DNA of 64,000 nt from Acidobacteriota bacterium. GTDB taxonomy: Bacteria; Acidobacteriota; UBA6911; RPQK01; JADFOI01. The notes below the pieces were generated by a model. It searched no databases, was not told the origin of the DNA, and was given only the letters and a program-made list of their open reading frames with translations. Positions 20,191-30,176 of the stretch are shown here, piece by piece (the stretch's first letter is position 1; every line of letters begins with the position of its first letter). The position numbers and the translations under genes were made by a program. The DNA is taken from the NCBI GenBank assembly GCA_963663035.1, contig OY760074.1, forward strand, positions 2,656,001 through 2,720,000. Reading direction: 5' to 3'.

Positions 20191-21261
20191 TTGCCTTCGA
20201 CAACCGAACAGCAAGTCGGGCCCGACTTCAGCTTCAAAGAACTCCGTGGCCGGATCCACGCCTGCCTCGAAGAAAACGATCTTCAACTCAAAGGATCCTG
20301 GGGCATGTGTCGCAAGGCCATTTTCATCGCCACCAGCTGGATCCTGGTTTATTCCACCATCATGACCTACGGGCCGGAGTCGTTCTGGCTCGCTGCCCCC
20401 CTGACCTTGGTCCTGGTCGTGTTCACTCTGGCAATGGAACTCGGGGTCATGCACGATGCCAGTCACCGGGCGTTCTCCCGTAGCCATGTTCTCAACAACA
20501 TCGCCAACCTGACGCTCACATTCATGGGTGGTTCAACGATCGTCTGGTACCACGACCACGTCATTTCCCACCACGGACACACGAACATTCCCGGGAAGGA
20601 CCCGGATATCCACACCAACGGGATTTTCCGATTCTCACCGAGTGATCAGTACAGGTGGTACCACCGCTTCCAGCACCTGTATGCTGTGCCGCTCTACTGC
20701 ACGAAGGCCTTGGTCTGGATTTGGTACGAAGACATGAACATACTTGCGACAAACAAGTACAAGCTGCGCGGCAAGCGTCTCTTCATGCTCTTTGTGGAAA
20801 TCTTAGCTTCGCGCACCAGCCACATCATGCTGTTTATCCTCGTGCCCTATTTTTTCTTCCAAAGCTGGGCATGGACTGCCGCCTTCTACCTCTCTCACTG
20901 GCTTCTGTTTAGCATCAGCATGGTGTTGATCTTTGAAGTCGCGCACGTCGCCAACTGCCAGGAGTTCTTTCCCGAGCAGGACAAGTTGGAGATGGACTGG
21001 GCGCTCCACCAACTGTTGACGACCGCGAACTTCAAGACCAACGCCTTCATGGTCTGGCTCGTCGGTGGGCTCAACCAGCAGATTGAGCACCACATTTTCC
21101 CGACGATGACCAGTATCCATTACCCCTTGATACGGCCCATCGTCATGGACTACGCCAAAGAGCACGGCGTTCCGTATCTCGAGTATCCGAAGTTCCGCGC
21201 GTCACTCGCCGCCCATTTTCGGCACCTCAAGAACCTGTCGAAACGACCTGCGGCCGCTTGA
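20191..21261 (+). CDS. Membrane fatty acyl desaturase
   Basis: Three His boxes HDASH, HVISHH, QIEHH. Confidence 0.9.
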   Translation: MPSTTEQQVGPDFSFKELRGRIHACLEENDLQLKGSWGMCRKAIFIATSWILVYSTIMTYGPESFWLAAPLTLVLVVFTLAMELGVMHDASHRAFSRSHVLNNIANLTLTFMGGSTIVWYHDHVISHHGHTNIPGKDPDIHTNGIFRFSPSDQYRWYHRFQHLYAVPLYCTKALVWIWYEDMNILATNKYKLRGKRLFMLFVEILASRTSHIMLFILVPYFFFQSWAWTAAFYLSHWLLFSISMVLIFEVAHVANCQEFFPEQDKLEMDWALHQLLTTANFKTNAFMVWLVGGLNQQIEHHIFPTMTSIHYPLIRPIVMDYAKEHGVPYLEYPKFRASLAAHFRHLKNLSKRPAAA

Positions 21262-21366
21262 GCAATCGCTCTTGAAGAGGAAATCGCCTCCGAGATCTGC
21301 TCCTACGATCTGACAAAGTCCGATCTGGGCATCTATTGCACGGGGTGGGTGTTTCACCCGTCCCAA

Positions 21367-21464
21367 CCTGAAAATCCTAACCCTATGCTTGGTACAGTTT
21401 TCCGGGGCAGGTCAGTGGTCCCAGGTCTAACTTAGAAGGTGGACTCGTTCGTGGGGGCGGGTCA
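21367..21464. mobile_element. Two orphan IS3-family ends in tandem
   Basis: 21367-21414 resembles the transposase-upstream end of the IS at 23768-25034; 21415-21464 is a near-copy of its downstream end, inverted; both terminate in GGTCA. Confidence 0.75.
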
Positions 21465-21866
21465 CTCTTGATTATTTTTGAACCACCTTCGCATGGCTTC
21501 TTCGCCTTCATGGCCAAACGGCGGATTGCCAAAGTCATGCGCCAAGCCAACAGCGCTGAGCAGCGCTGGAATACTTCTCTCCGGAGACTCCACTCCTTCA
21601 AACAAGCCCTTGTGTTCAAAGGCAAGCTCCGAACCAATGTCTCGCGCTAACGTGGAAACTTCGAGGGAGTGAGTCAACCTCGTTCGAATGCTATCATTAC
21701 GTTCTAATGGGAAGACTTGTGTTTTATCTGCCAACCTCCTTGTAGGTGTCGAGAAAAGAAGCCGATCGTAATCACGTTCGAATTCCGTTCCTATTCGCCC
21801 CAGTATTTTTACAGTTGATCTTCTCTTTTGTCTTCGTGCTTCATTTAAAAGGCCTGTCCACTCCAT
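21465..21866 (-). pseudogene. dgt: dGTP triphosphohydrolase, 5' fragment cut by an IS3 end
   Basis: FERDYDRLLFS, LADKTQVFP, RTRLTHSLEV, LAHDFGNPPFGHEGE; stop is the TGA of the IS end. Confidence 0.88.
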
Positions 21867-22264
21867 CCCTATAACTCGATTCTGTGGGTCTCCTGCCTAG
21901 CTTCGCCGGCAATCTGCCCATTTGAGAGGTTCTTGAAACCTTCCTAGTATTAGAATACAGTCAAAGAACCTCAAATACATTCTTGGCATAGATTGGAACT
22001 CTTCTCCGTTTTTTTACCAGAGTTCTTTCCCGGCTCCGTGATTAGTCGGGGATTCGTGGGACCTCGCTCATTCTGTCCCACCCTGCCGAACTGGCACTCA
22101 CACCCTCGAGAGATCTGGACCCCTGACTTATCTCCACTACAGAGACACCAGGTGAACGATATTCAGGCATCTGTTACTAAGATCCATGCAGTCTCTTTCT
22201 CGTTTTGCGTGATAGCAGGATGTTTTTTCACACCATCTCCCAAAAAAACTTCCTCATGAAGACC

Positions 22265-23499
22265 TCAACTCGGTTCTATAACTTCGTAGAATCTCGCCAT
22301 CCAATAGGGCAAGATGAAGTCGATACCCGCTTCCTGGACGATTCCTGTACCGCCTCCGAAAAGCTGGAACGGACTGCGCTGCCATAGAAAGTCGGTGGTC
22401 ACGCGCCGCTCCACCGGGATCGCCTCGCAGGCCCGATCCGGTTGGCCGCAAGAGGGGAACTCATCTCTCAAGTCGACGAATTCGTCTCGGAGTGGCCTAA
22501 GAAGCCAGCCTCAAGCAGAGCACGTGTCTCGGTGTCCCGTTTACTGTTGGGCCCCTTGAGCACACGGTCGAGCATGTTGAAGTGGGCGTTTCCGTGATCA
22601 TCCGTGGTACGACGAAGGACTTTGTATGCCCTCATATACTTTCGGCGATACCAGCTGAGAAAGAAGGAACTCTCTTCGAGGCGAATCAGGTTAAAGAGGT
22701 TGATGGTATCCAGGTTGAATTTGAAGTATGAATTATGATCGTCCAGCACCTCGAACGCGATGGGAAGAATCACGAAAGCGGAATGCTTTCTGCGTTCGCT
22801 TTTGTAAGTGTCACTGAACCGGCTGGGGTTGACGCGCCGCCCCACCTGAAGGAAGGACAATCTCTGATCAGGCCGGTGTAAAAAGACGGTACTGAGCTTG
22901 CCGTTGGGCATGAACACGACCCAGTGGTGTTTCAAGAGGAATTCGAGTAATCGTGTGACTAGATTTTTTACTCCAGAGCGCACCTCTGAATCGTCCACCC
23001 TGTCATAGGCGACCCCCAGGCCGAAGAAGACACCCGAGTATTGATCGCGTGAGGTGTTGCCGATCCAGTGATACTCACGATCCCCTAACGTTCCCGGAAA
23101 GACACCGTGTCCCCCCTCTTCCTTGGTGATGTCGTCAGCGTAGGGAGAATCGATCGGCACCAGGGCACGTGCCAAAACATCGTTTCCAGAAATATCGACC
23201 AGGGAGCGAACCCCAGCCAGCGCGCGCTTGACCACTTCAAGATCCTCTTGGGAACGGGTGACGGCGTAGCGGTATGCCTCCGCCGCCAAGTAGTGGCCGG
23301 TCCATATAGCGGAGTCGCCTGCTCGAGTATAGGTCACGAGTTGGTCGCTATCGGGAGCTGCAAACATCGCCCCCAAAATGGTTCCGTGGGGCAGGTGTTG
23401 CTCCTGGATCCGCTGGGAGATGGCGAGGGCAGCGTCCTTCAGTTCTTGCGGCGTCATCTGAACTTCGCCTCTAGCAGTGCCATGAGGAAAGTTTCCCAT
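22265..23499 (-). pseudogene. Conserved-looking hypothetical protein with a 1-nt frameshift at about 22508
   Basis: DSAIWTGHYLAAEAYRY, TSRDQYSG; adding one base gives LLEAWLLRPLRDEFVDLR into the C-terminal ORF ending IDFILPYWMARFY. Confidence 0.7.
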
Positions 23500-23666
23500 A
23501 TTTCTTCTCTTTTTAATAGGATCAATCCCGCTCCATCCTCACTTTGGCAGAGTGAGATTGTAAGATGGGAGGGTTGCTAGTGACGAGAAAAGTTCTACTG
23601 AAGCAATCTGTTGTCCCTGAGTTCAGCTGCCCACAGTTCGTCGTTTACTGGACAGACTGATTAAAG

Positions 23667-23767
23667 GTGAGGCTTCCGATTGTTCTGGCCCACGGTATCG
23701 CCCCTTTTGACGAGATCTACCAGACCTTTGCCAAGGGTTTTCGCTACTTCCTGGGATCGATCGGCTT
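23667..23767 (+). pseudogene. 5' fragment of a lipase-like alpha/beta hydrolase cut by IS3
   Basis: PIVLAHGI motif; frame runs into the IS end at 23768. Confidence 0.55.
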
Positions 23768-25034
23768 TGACCTGCCCCCACGAACGAGTCCACCCTCTAT
23801 GCTAGACCCGGGACCATTTGAAGTCCACTCCAAGGGATTGGATCCAGTGCCTGCGACCTAGGTAGTTTGGCCTCTGGCGCCGGCGGCCGATAGGCCAAGG
23901 CGCTGTGAGGCCGGATCTGATTGTAATCCCTCCGCCAGCGTTCTACCAACACCTTGGCTTCCCCCAGCGTGTCGAAGATCTCCATGTTCAGCAGCTCATC
24001 CCGTAGTTTCCCGTTGAAACTCTCAATGTACCCATTCTCCCAGGGGCTGCCCGGCTCGATGTACAAGGTCCTTACCCCAACAGCCTGCAGCCAGTCCCGG
24101 ACCGCCTGTGCCGTAAACTCCGATCCGTTATCGGACCGGATAAACTCAGGCACTCCCCGATCAACGAATAACTCCGCCAGCCGGTCCAACACGTCTTGGT
24201 GATTCATCTGCCGTTTCACATCAATGGCGAGGCACTCTCTGGTGTACTCATCCAGGATCGTCAATAGCCGAAAGGCTCGCCCATCATGGGTCCGTTCATG
24301 CACGAAATCATAGCTCCAGACGTGGTTCTTGCGAGCCGCTCGTAACCGAACACAGGAACCGTCATTAAGCCACAGCCTCCTTCGTTTCGGCTGTCTGGAC
24401 GGGACTTTCAGCCCTTCTTGTCTCCACAGCCTCTCCACCCGCTTAGGATTCACCTTCCACCCTTCCCCATGAAGTATCGCCGTGACCCGCCGGTAGCCAT
24501 AACGCCCGTATTGCGTAGCCAACTCCACCATCCGGGCCACCAATCGGGCCTCATCATCGGGAATTTGCCTTTCCCTTCGCTGGGTCGATCGAACCTGTCC
24601 CAGCACTTGGCAGGCCCGACGTTCGGAGACTCGCTCTGCTCCTAATCGCTCTCGTACCCACATCACCGCTCGTCTCCTGTTCGCCGGGCCTAGAAGTTTC
24701 CCGAGGACACTTCCTTCAGGATCTGCTTGTCCAAAGACAGATCCGCCACCAGCTTCTTCAACCGGGTATTCTCCTTCTCCAACACCTTCAACCTCTTGGC
24801 CTGGTCCAACCGGAGCCCTCCGTACTCTTTGCGCCACCGGTAGTAGGTCTGCTCGCTCACCCCCATCTGCTTCGACACCTGTCCCACCCTCTGTCCTTGG
24901 GCCAGACCCACCTCTGCCTCACGCAGCTTCATGATGATCTGTTCTGCCCTAAACCGCTTCCCTGCCATCCTTGCCTCCTTCCTAAACCGGAAATCCTAAC
25001 ATTCAAACTGGACTCGTTTTAGGGGGCAAGGTCA
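23768..25034 (-). mobile_element. IS3-family insertion sequence, 1267 bp, no target duplication
   Basis: Ends TGACCTGCCCCC and GGGGGCAAGGTCA; orfA/orfB inside; flanks belong to two different truncated genes. Confidence 0.93.
23797..24968 (-). CDS. IS3 transposase OrfA (24690-24968) and OrfB joined by a -1 frameshift
   Basis: OrfA HTH ([14 protein letters not shown]); G GGA AAC slippery site before the OrfA stop; DDE core [23 protein letters not shown]. Confidence 0.92.
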
Positions 25035-26135
25035 GTTGGCCTCATAAACAATCTGGCTGCCATCGGGTGATACCGCCACAAGCGGGCGCGAGCCGTTCGA
25101 AAACACCTGGTCTTCGGGGAGCTCATGATAGAAGCGAGCAGTTAGGGGCTGTAGGTCTGTCGGCTTCAGGTTCCAGACAGCAACGCCAGTGATCACAGCT
25201 AAGACTAGGGCTGCAACCCACGGCAGTATGTGTCGCTGCGGTGCCTGGACGGCATCCGCGTCTGGTTGGGTCAACTGCTCAACGGGATCGGCCAGATATT
25301 CCTGCAAGGTAATGCGGACATCCCCAATGGCCTGAAGTCGCAGCGTTGGATCTTTGCGCAGGCACCGCTCTAAAAGATCTCGAAGACGGGGTGAAAGGTC
25401 CGCCGGAAGTTTCTCCCAGTTGGGTTCATGGCTGAGTACGTGGGCCAGAACCAGTGAGACATCTTCAGCCTCAAAGGCACGTGTTCCAGACAGCATCTCG
25501 AAAAGGACAACACCGATGGCCCAAATGTCAGCACGCCGGTCGGTTGGTTTGCCTCTGGCCTGCTCAGGACTCATATAGGCGGCAGTGCCCAGGATGACCC
25601 CCGCCTGGGTGGCCGCATTGGTCAGTGTCGGGGATTGGGAGAGGCTTGAGGCGGGCAGCTCAGCCTCCAGTGCTTTGGCTAAACCAAAATCCAGAATCTT
25701 GACCTGGCCTTCCGGAGTAATCTTGATGTTCGCAGGCTTGAGGTCTCGATGAATCACACCCTTCTCATGGGCAGCCTCCACTCCCTCTGTAATTTGAAGG
25801 GCGATCTTGAGGGCTTCCTCAAGCGGGATCGGTCCCTGGGAAATTCTTTCCGCCAGGGTGGGGCCTTCGATGAGCTGGAGAATCAGGGCCTTGGTCTGGC
25901 CAGCGTCTTCAATCCCGTAAATCTGCCCGATGTTGGGATGATCCAGGGAGGCCAGCACTTCCGCTTCCCGCTGGAACCTGCCCATCCGCTGGGGATCCGA
26001 AGCGAACTGCTCGGGCAGGATCTTGAGCGCCACGTCCCGGTTCAGCTTGGTGTCGGTGGCCCGGTAGACCTCACCCATGCCGCCCTGGCCGATCTTTTCG
26101 ATGACCTTGTAATGGCTAATGGTCGTGCCGAGCAT
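25035..26135 (-). pseudogene. Ser/Thr protein kinase with TM helix, C-terminal propeller removed by IS3
   Basis: GQGGMGEVY, VALK, HRDLKPAN, DFG, YMSPE; breaks after SPDGSQIVY at the IS end. Confidence 0.9.
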
Positions 26136-26160
26136 GGAGCTCCCCCTCTCCGTGATTCAA

Positions 26161-28074
26161 CTACTCGGGCAGCGCGAAGGCGATCAGGGCTTGATCCTCG
26201 GGCGGGCTGGGGGTGTCGACCGAGGAGGCCCCGGACGCCGTTACTGCCACGTACTGCCTTCCGTCTTTGCCCAGATAGGTTATGGGTATGGCGCGCGCGC
26301 TCATGTCGATCTTGGTGACCCAGAGCTCCTGGCCCGTCTTGGAGTCAAAGGCGCGAAAGCGCCGGTCGTTGGTGGCGCCGATAAAGACCAGGCCTGCCGC
26401 TGTGGTCATGGGCCCGCCAAAACTTATCCGGCCGGTTTTCTGTTTGTCCTCAGGCAGCTCCTCGGAAATGCCCAAAACGACCTTCCAGGCAATGTCTCCG
26501 GTGGCAGCGTTGACCGCCAGCAGGTGCCCCCAGGGCGGTTTGTTACACAGCCAGGCATCCTCACCCGAATTCATGATGTTGCCGCGGGCCGGATCTCCTT
26601 CGGACCAGTGAAATCGCGAGGTGGGACCGAAGATGCTGTTGCGCCGATAGGGGGAGCGGGCCTCCTCGTTGGGATTCTCTTCAACCCAGCCGATGCTGGC
26701 TTCATCCGAGGTGTTGACAAAGAAGTAGCCCAGGGTTGGGTCGGCTGCGGTACCACCCCAGTTGGCACCACCCGTGGAGCCGGGGAAAAGGACGATCGAG
26801 CGGGGCGGGGCGCCCTCTGCACGGTAGACATAGGGCGTGTACGGCCCTGAGTTGAGGACACCGCCGCTTCGCTCCACCAGCTCACGGCAGAAGCGGGCGT
26901 GCTCCTCGGTCGTATCCTCTGCCGTGACCAGGTCTTGCGGGCTGTAGCTCATCTTGGAGATGGGGGGTGGTTTGACCGGAATGGGTTGGGTGGGCGAGGT
27001 CCACTCACCCGGGGCATCGCTCTTTGGAACCGCCACCTCCTCGATGCCGAAAACCGGCTCACCCGTCTCCCGGTTCAAGATGTACATGTAACCTGTCTTG
27101 GCAACCAGGGCCAGGAGAGGAACCACTTCTCCATCGATGGTGACATCCATCAGTCCCGGCGGTGCCGACAGGTCGTAATCCCAGATATCGTGGTGCACCG
27201 CCTGGAAGTGCCACTTGCGCTCCCCGGTGGTGATGTCCAGCGCTACCAGAGAGTTGGCAAAGAGGTTGTTGCCGGGGCGATTCCCTCCCCAGTAGTCGTG
27301 GGGTCCCGCACTCTCGAAAACCGTATAGAGAAGGCCGCGCTGGGCATCCATGGTCATGGAAAAGCCCCAATGATAGGCGTTGGTTCGTTTGGACGGGTCG
27401 TCGTCCAGCCAGGTTTCGTCGCCGGGTTGGCCCGCTTGAGGCAGCGCGAGAAACTCCCACACCTCTGCTCCGGTGACGGCATCGAAGGCGCGCACGCCAC
27501 CCGGGGCACTGTTGGAACCCACCACCAGGAGGTTTCCATACAAAAAAGGCGCCCCCTGGTAGGAGGCAGCCATGGTCTTTTTACCTCCATCGCTGAATCC
27601 AACGGCAAGCTCTCCAGTCCGGGCCCCCAAACCGATCAACTTCTCATTGGCGGTAAAAAAGATTCGAGCTGGACGCTCGCCATCGCCCGGCCAGTAGGCC
27701 AAGCCGCGTCGGGAAGGTGGGTCATCACCATCCAATTGGTAACGCCAGATCTCCTGCCCGGTCTCGGGTTCCAGGGCCACCACACGATCGGCGGCCGTTA
27801 TGTACATCACGCCATCGATCACCAGTGGTGTGGATTCGGAACCACCGGACAAGGCGCCGGTCGTGGCATTTTCACCCAGCCTGTAGGTCCAGACCAGCTC
27901 CAGGTCAGCCACGTTGGAGGGTTTGATCTGGTCCAGGGGCGAATAGCGGGTACCGGCAAGGTCGCGGTTGAACATGGGCCATTCCCCGGCACTGGTTTGG
28001 GCCTGAGAGACGGCACAAGAAAGGCCCACAAGCATGGCCAGGCCAAGCCAGGGCGCTTGAGGTAAAATCCTCAC
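26161..28074 (-). CDS. PQQ-dependent dehydrogenase (quinoprotein glucose/quinate dehydrogenase-like)
   Basis: RYSPLDQI, HHDIWDYD, GGANWGG, PPWGHL, FRAFDSKTG; signal peptide. Confidence 0.92.
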   Translation of the reverse strand: MRILPQAPWLGLAMLVGLSCAVSQAQTSAGEWPMFNRDLAGTRYSPLDQIKPSNVADLELVWTYRLGENATTGALSGGSESTPLVIDGVMYITAADRVVALEPETGQEIWRYQLDGDDPPSRRGLAYWPGDGERPARIFFTANEKLIGLGARTGELAVGFSDGGKKTMAASYQGAPFLYGNLLVVGSNSAPGGVRAFDAVTGAEVWEFLALPQAGQPGDETWLDDDPSKRTNAYHWGFSMTMDAQRGLLYTVFESAGPHDYWGGNRPGNNLFANSLVALDITTGERKWHFQAVHHDIWDYDLSAPPGLMDVTIDGEVVPLLALVAKTGYMYILNRETGEPVFGIEEVAVPKSDAPGEWTSPTQPIPVKPPPISKMSYSPQDLVTAEDTTEEHARFCRELVERSGGVLNSGPYTPYVYRAEGAPPRSIVLFPGSTGGANWGGTAADPTLGYFFVNTSDEASIGWVEENPNEEARSPYRRNSIFGPTSRFHWSEGDPARGNIMNSGEDAWLCNKPPWGHLLAVNAATGDIAWKVVLGISEELPEDKQKTGRISFGGPMTTAAGLVFIGATNDRRFRAFDSKTGQELWVTKIDMSARAIPITYLGKDGRQYVAVTASGASSVDTPSPPEDQALIAFALPE

Positions 28075-28148
28075 TGTTTCTCCCCCTTAAGCGATTGGTG
28101 CAAAGACAAACTTATTCGTGGCCTGAGGCCCCTCCCACGCTCTGTTTT

Positions 28149-30137
28149 TTAGTTCCCCGCATACTTGGCGGCGATCTCAACGAGAGGTGAGCCAATGTGC
28201 ACCACGTCGTCATCGCTGAAATCATAGTGTGGTCCCACGGCCTGGCGTCCGAAATCCCTGGCCAGGGACTCCTGAAGCACAATGAGCTTGCCGCCCACCA
28301 TGGTCATCAAAGGATGCACCTTTAGGATGTCGTCCACTGGGATGCTCAGGTAGTCGCGGTCGATGACCAGGAAATCTGCGAATTTGCCCACTTCCAGGGA
28401 ACCGATATTGTCATTTTTTACATATTCGGTGGGCCAGATGGTGTACATCTTTAAAGCGTGCACCCGATCAATCCGTTCATCCGGTTGCCAGATGGTGCCG
28501 TCGTACTCGCGAGTCACAGCCTGCCAGAGCATGAAAAAGGGAGGCGTGAAGGACAGCGTACCCGGCACAGAGGAGGCCCGTCCATAATGCTGCCCCACCA
28601 GCTTGACACCCGAGTCGATCCAGGTCTTAAAGGGCAGAATAAAATCGTTCATTTGCGGTCCGTAGTCTCTTATCCAGTCCGGAGCTTCCCTCAGGAGATC
28701 AGGACCACAGCTCAAGATAATGCCGTAGTCTATGAGACCCTGGATAATATCGGGCTGCTTTCCAACCACGTCGCAATGCTCGCCCGTCATGGCCAGCTGT
28801 CGCACCTCTTCCATGGTCCATCCGTTGACCGCGCGGGCGCTATCGATCATGCGGAAGAAGGCTCTTGCGCTTTCGCTGCCACACATATGCACTCCTGAGA
28901 GGCGCCAACCCGCCTTCATGGCGTTCTCCAGCACATCCCAGGGCAAATCGCCCGGCTTGGGACAGACCTCCCGAGCCTTGATATTGGCTGGAGCCACGGT
29001 ATCGGGCCCGGTGCAGGATTCCGGGTAAATGGAATCCCAGCGCTCCGAGGCCACGCCGTCAATCCAGAGGTAGTCATCTCCTATACCCTGCAGCACTCCT
29101 GTCCTGCGATAGATCTGACGGGTTTGCTGCGGGTCTGTGGGCATACGATGGACCTCGTAGTGAGCCGCAAAACGAATGGGCATCTGGCCCAGACCGGCCA
29201 GCGTGGCGTATCCGCTCATGACCTTGGGAAAAGGAATGCGGCTGGAAAAGGTGGTCACCCCCTTGGAGGCGAATTCCTCTGAGGTGAGCTTGAGCGCCTG
29301 GGCCAGAACGCCCGGGGAGAGCTTCTCCAGAAAAAGCTCCCAGGTGATGACAGCCATCTCCTGGCTGCCCACCCAGCCGATGCCGGCAATGTCCTCGCCA
29401 ATATCATCTCCGTGCATGGTCTCGTGAATGGAAGCAGAGTATCCGGGCAGAAAGTCATTCAAGACTTCCAGAGCACGGGAATTCACCCAGCCTCTGGGCC
29501 CGGGACTGACCAACACGGGGTTATCCGGCGTCCACAGATCAATGGTGTCGCGATTGGTCAGACGTCGGGTAAACCCCCAGAACCTGGCCTCCAGAGGCGC
29601 TTCATCATGACCCTCGATCCGCAGCACCACCCACTCACCCGGATCCACCTTCTTGACCGCGTCCTGGAGGGCTTCGCGCATGATGGCCTGAGTTTTCTCC
29701 AGGTCCCGGTCAGCTTTGGCCGTGACGATCATTCCGTCGGGAGGGTACTTGAAGCCGAGCCGCTCCATGTACTGGATGGCACCTCCGTAAATGTGGCTGT
29801 GGGGTTCGACAATGCCGGGAAGCAGGGTCCGTCCCTGCAGGTCAAGGACCTCGGTGTCGGGTCCCGCCATGGCTCTGACCTGGGCATTGGTCCCCAACTT
29901 CATGATCTTGTCGCCTTTGACTGCCACGGCCTGGTAGATAGTGCCGACGCTGGTGGAGGTGGAAGCATCGTCCATGCTCACAACCTTCCCATTGATAAAG
30001 AGAGTGTCGGCATAGCCCTGTTGGGCCACCTCGGGGGGCAGCTGCTGAGCCAAAGCGCTGGAAAAGTGAAAGAGTAGAAGCAGGGCCGGAACTGGCCACC
30101 CGATGAAAAAAGGATTGAAGAATCGATGGTTTATCAT
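28149..30137 (-). CDS. Exported amidohydrolase family 3 (YtcJ-like) protein
   Basis: DLQGRTLLPGIVEPHSH, GSLEVGKFADFLVID, TMVGGK; signal peptide. Confidence 0.85.
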   Translation of the reverse strand: MINHRFFNPFFIGWPVPALLLLFHFSSALAQQLPPEVAQQGYADTLFINGKVVSMDDASTSTSVGTIYQAVAVKGDKIMKLGTNAQVRAMAGPDTEVLDLQGRTLLPGIVEPHSHIYGGAIQYMERLGFKYPPDGMIVTAKADRDLEKTQAIMREALQDAVKKVDPGEWVVLRIEGHDEAPLEARFWGFTRRLTNRDTIDLWTPDNPVLVSPGPRGWVNSRALEVLNDFLPGYSASIHETMHGDDIGEDIAGIGWVGSQEMAVITWELFLEKLSPGVLAQALKLTSEEFASKGVTTFSSRIPFPKVMSGYATLAGLGQMPIRFAAHYEVHRMPTDPQQTRQIYRRTGVLQGIGDDYLWIDGVASERWDSIYPESCTGPDTVAPANIKAREVCPKPGDLPWDVLENAMKAGWRLSGVHMCGSESARAFFRMIDSARAVNGWTMEEVRQLAMTGEHCDVVGKQPDIIQGLIDYGIILSCGPDLLREAPDWIRDYGPQMNDFILPFKTWIDSGVKLVGQHYGRASSVPGTLSFTPPFFMLWQAVTREYDGTIWQPDERIDRVHALKMYTIWPTEYVKNDNIGSLEVGKFADFLVIDRDYLSIPVDDILKVHPLMTMVGGKLIVLQESLARDFGRQAVGPHYDFSDDDVVHIGSPLVEIAAKYAGN

Positions 30138-30176
30138 TGAACTTAACCTCCTAGCAAATTCTTGGTACTGAGAGAC

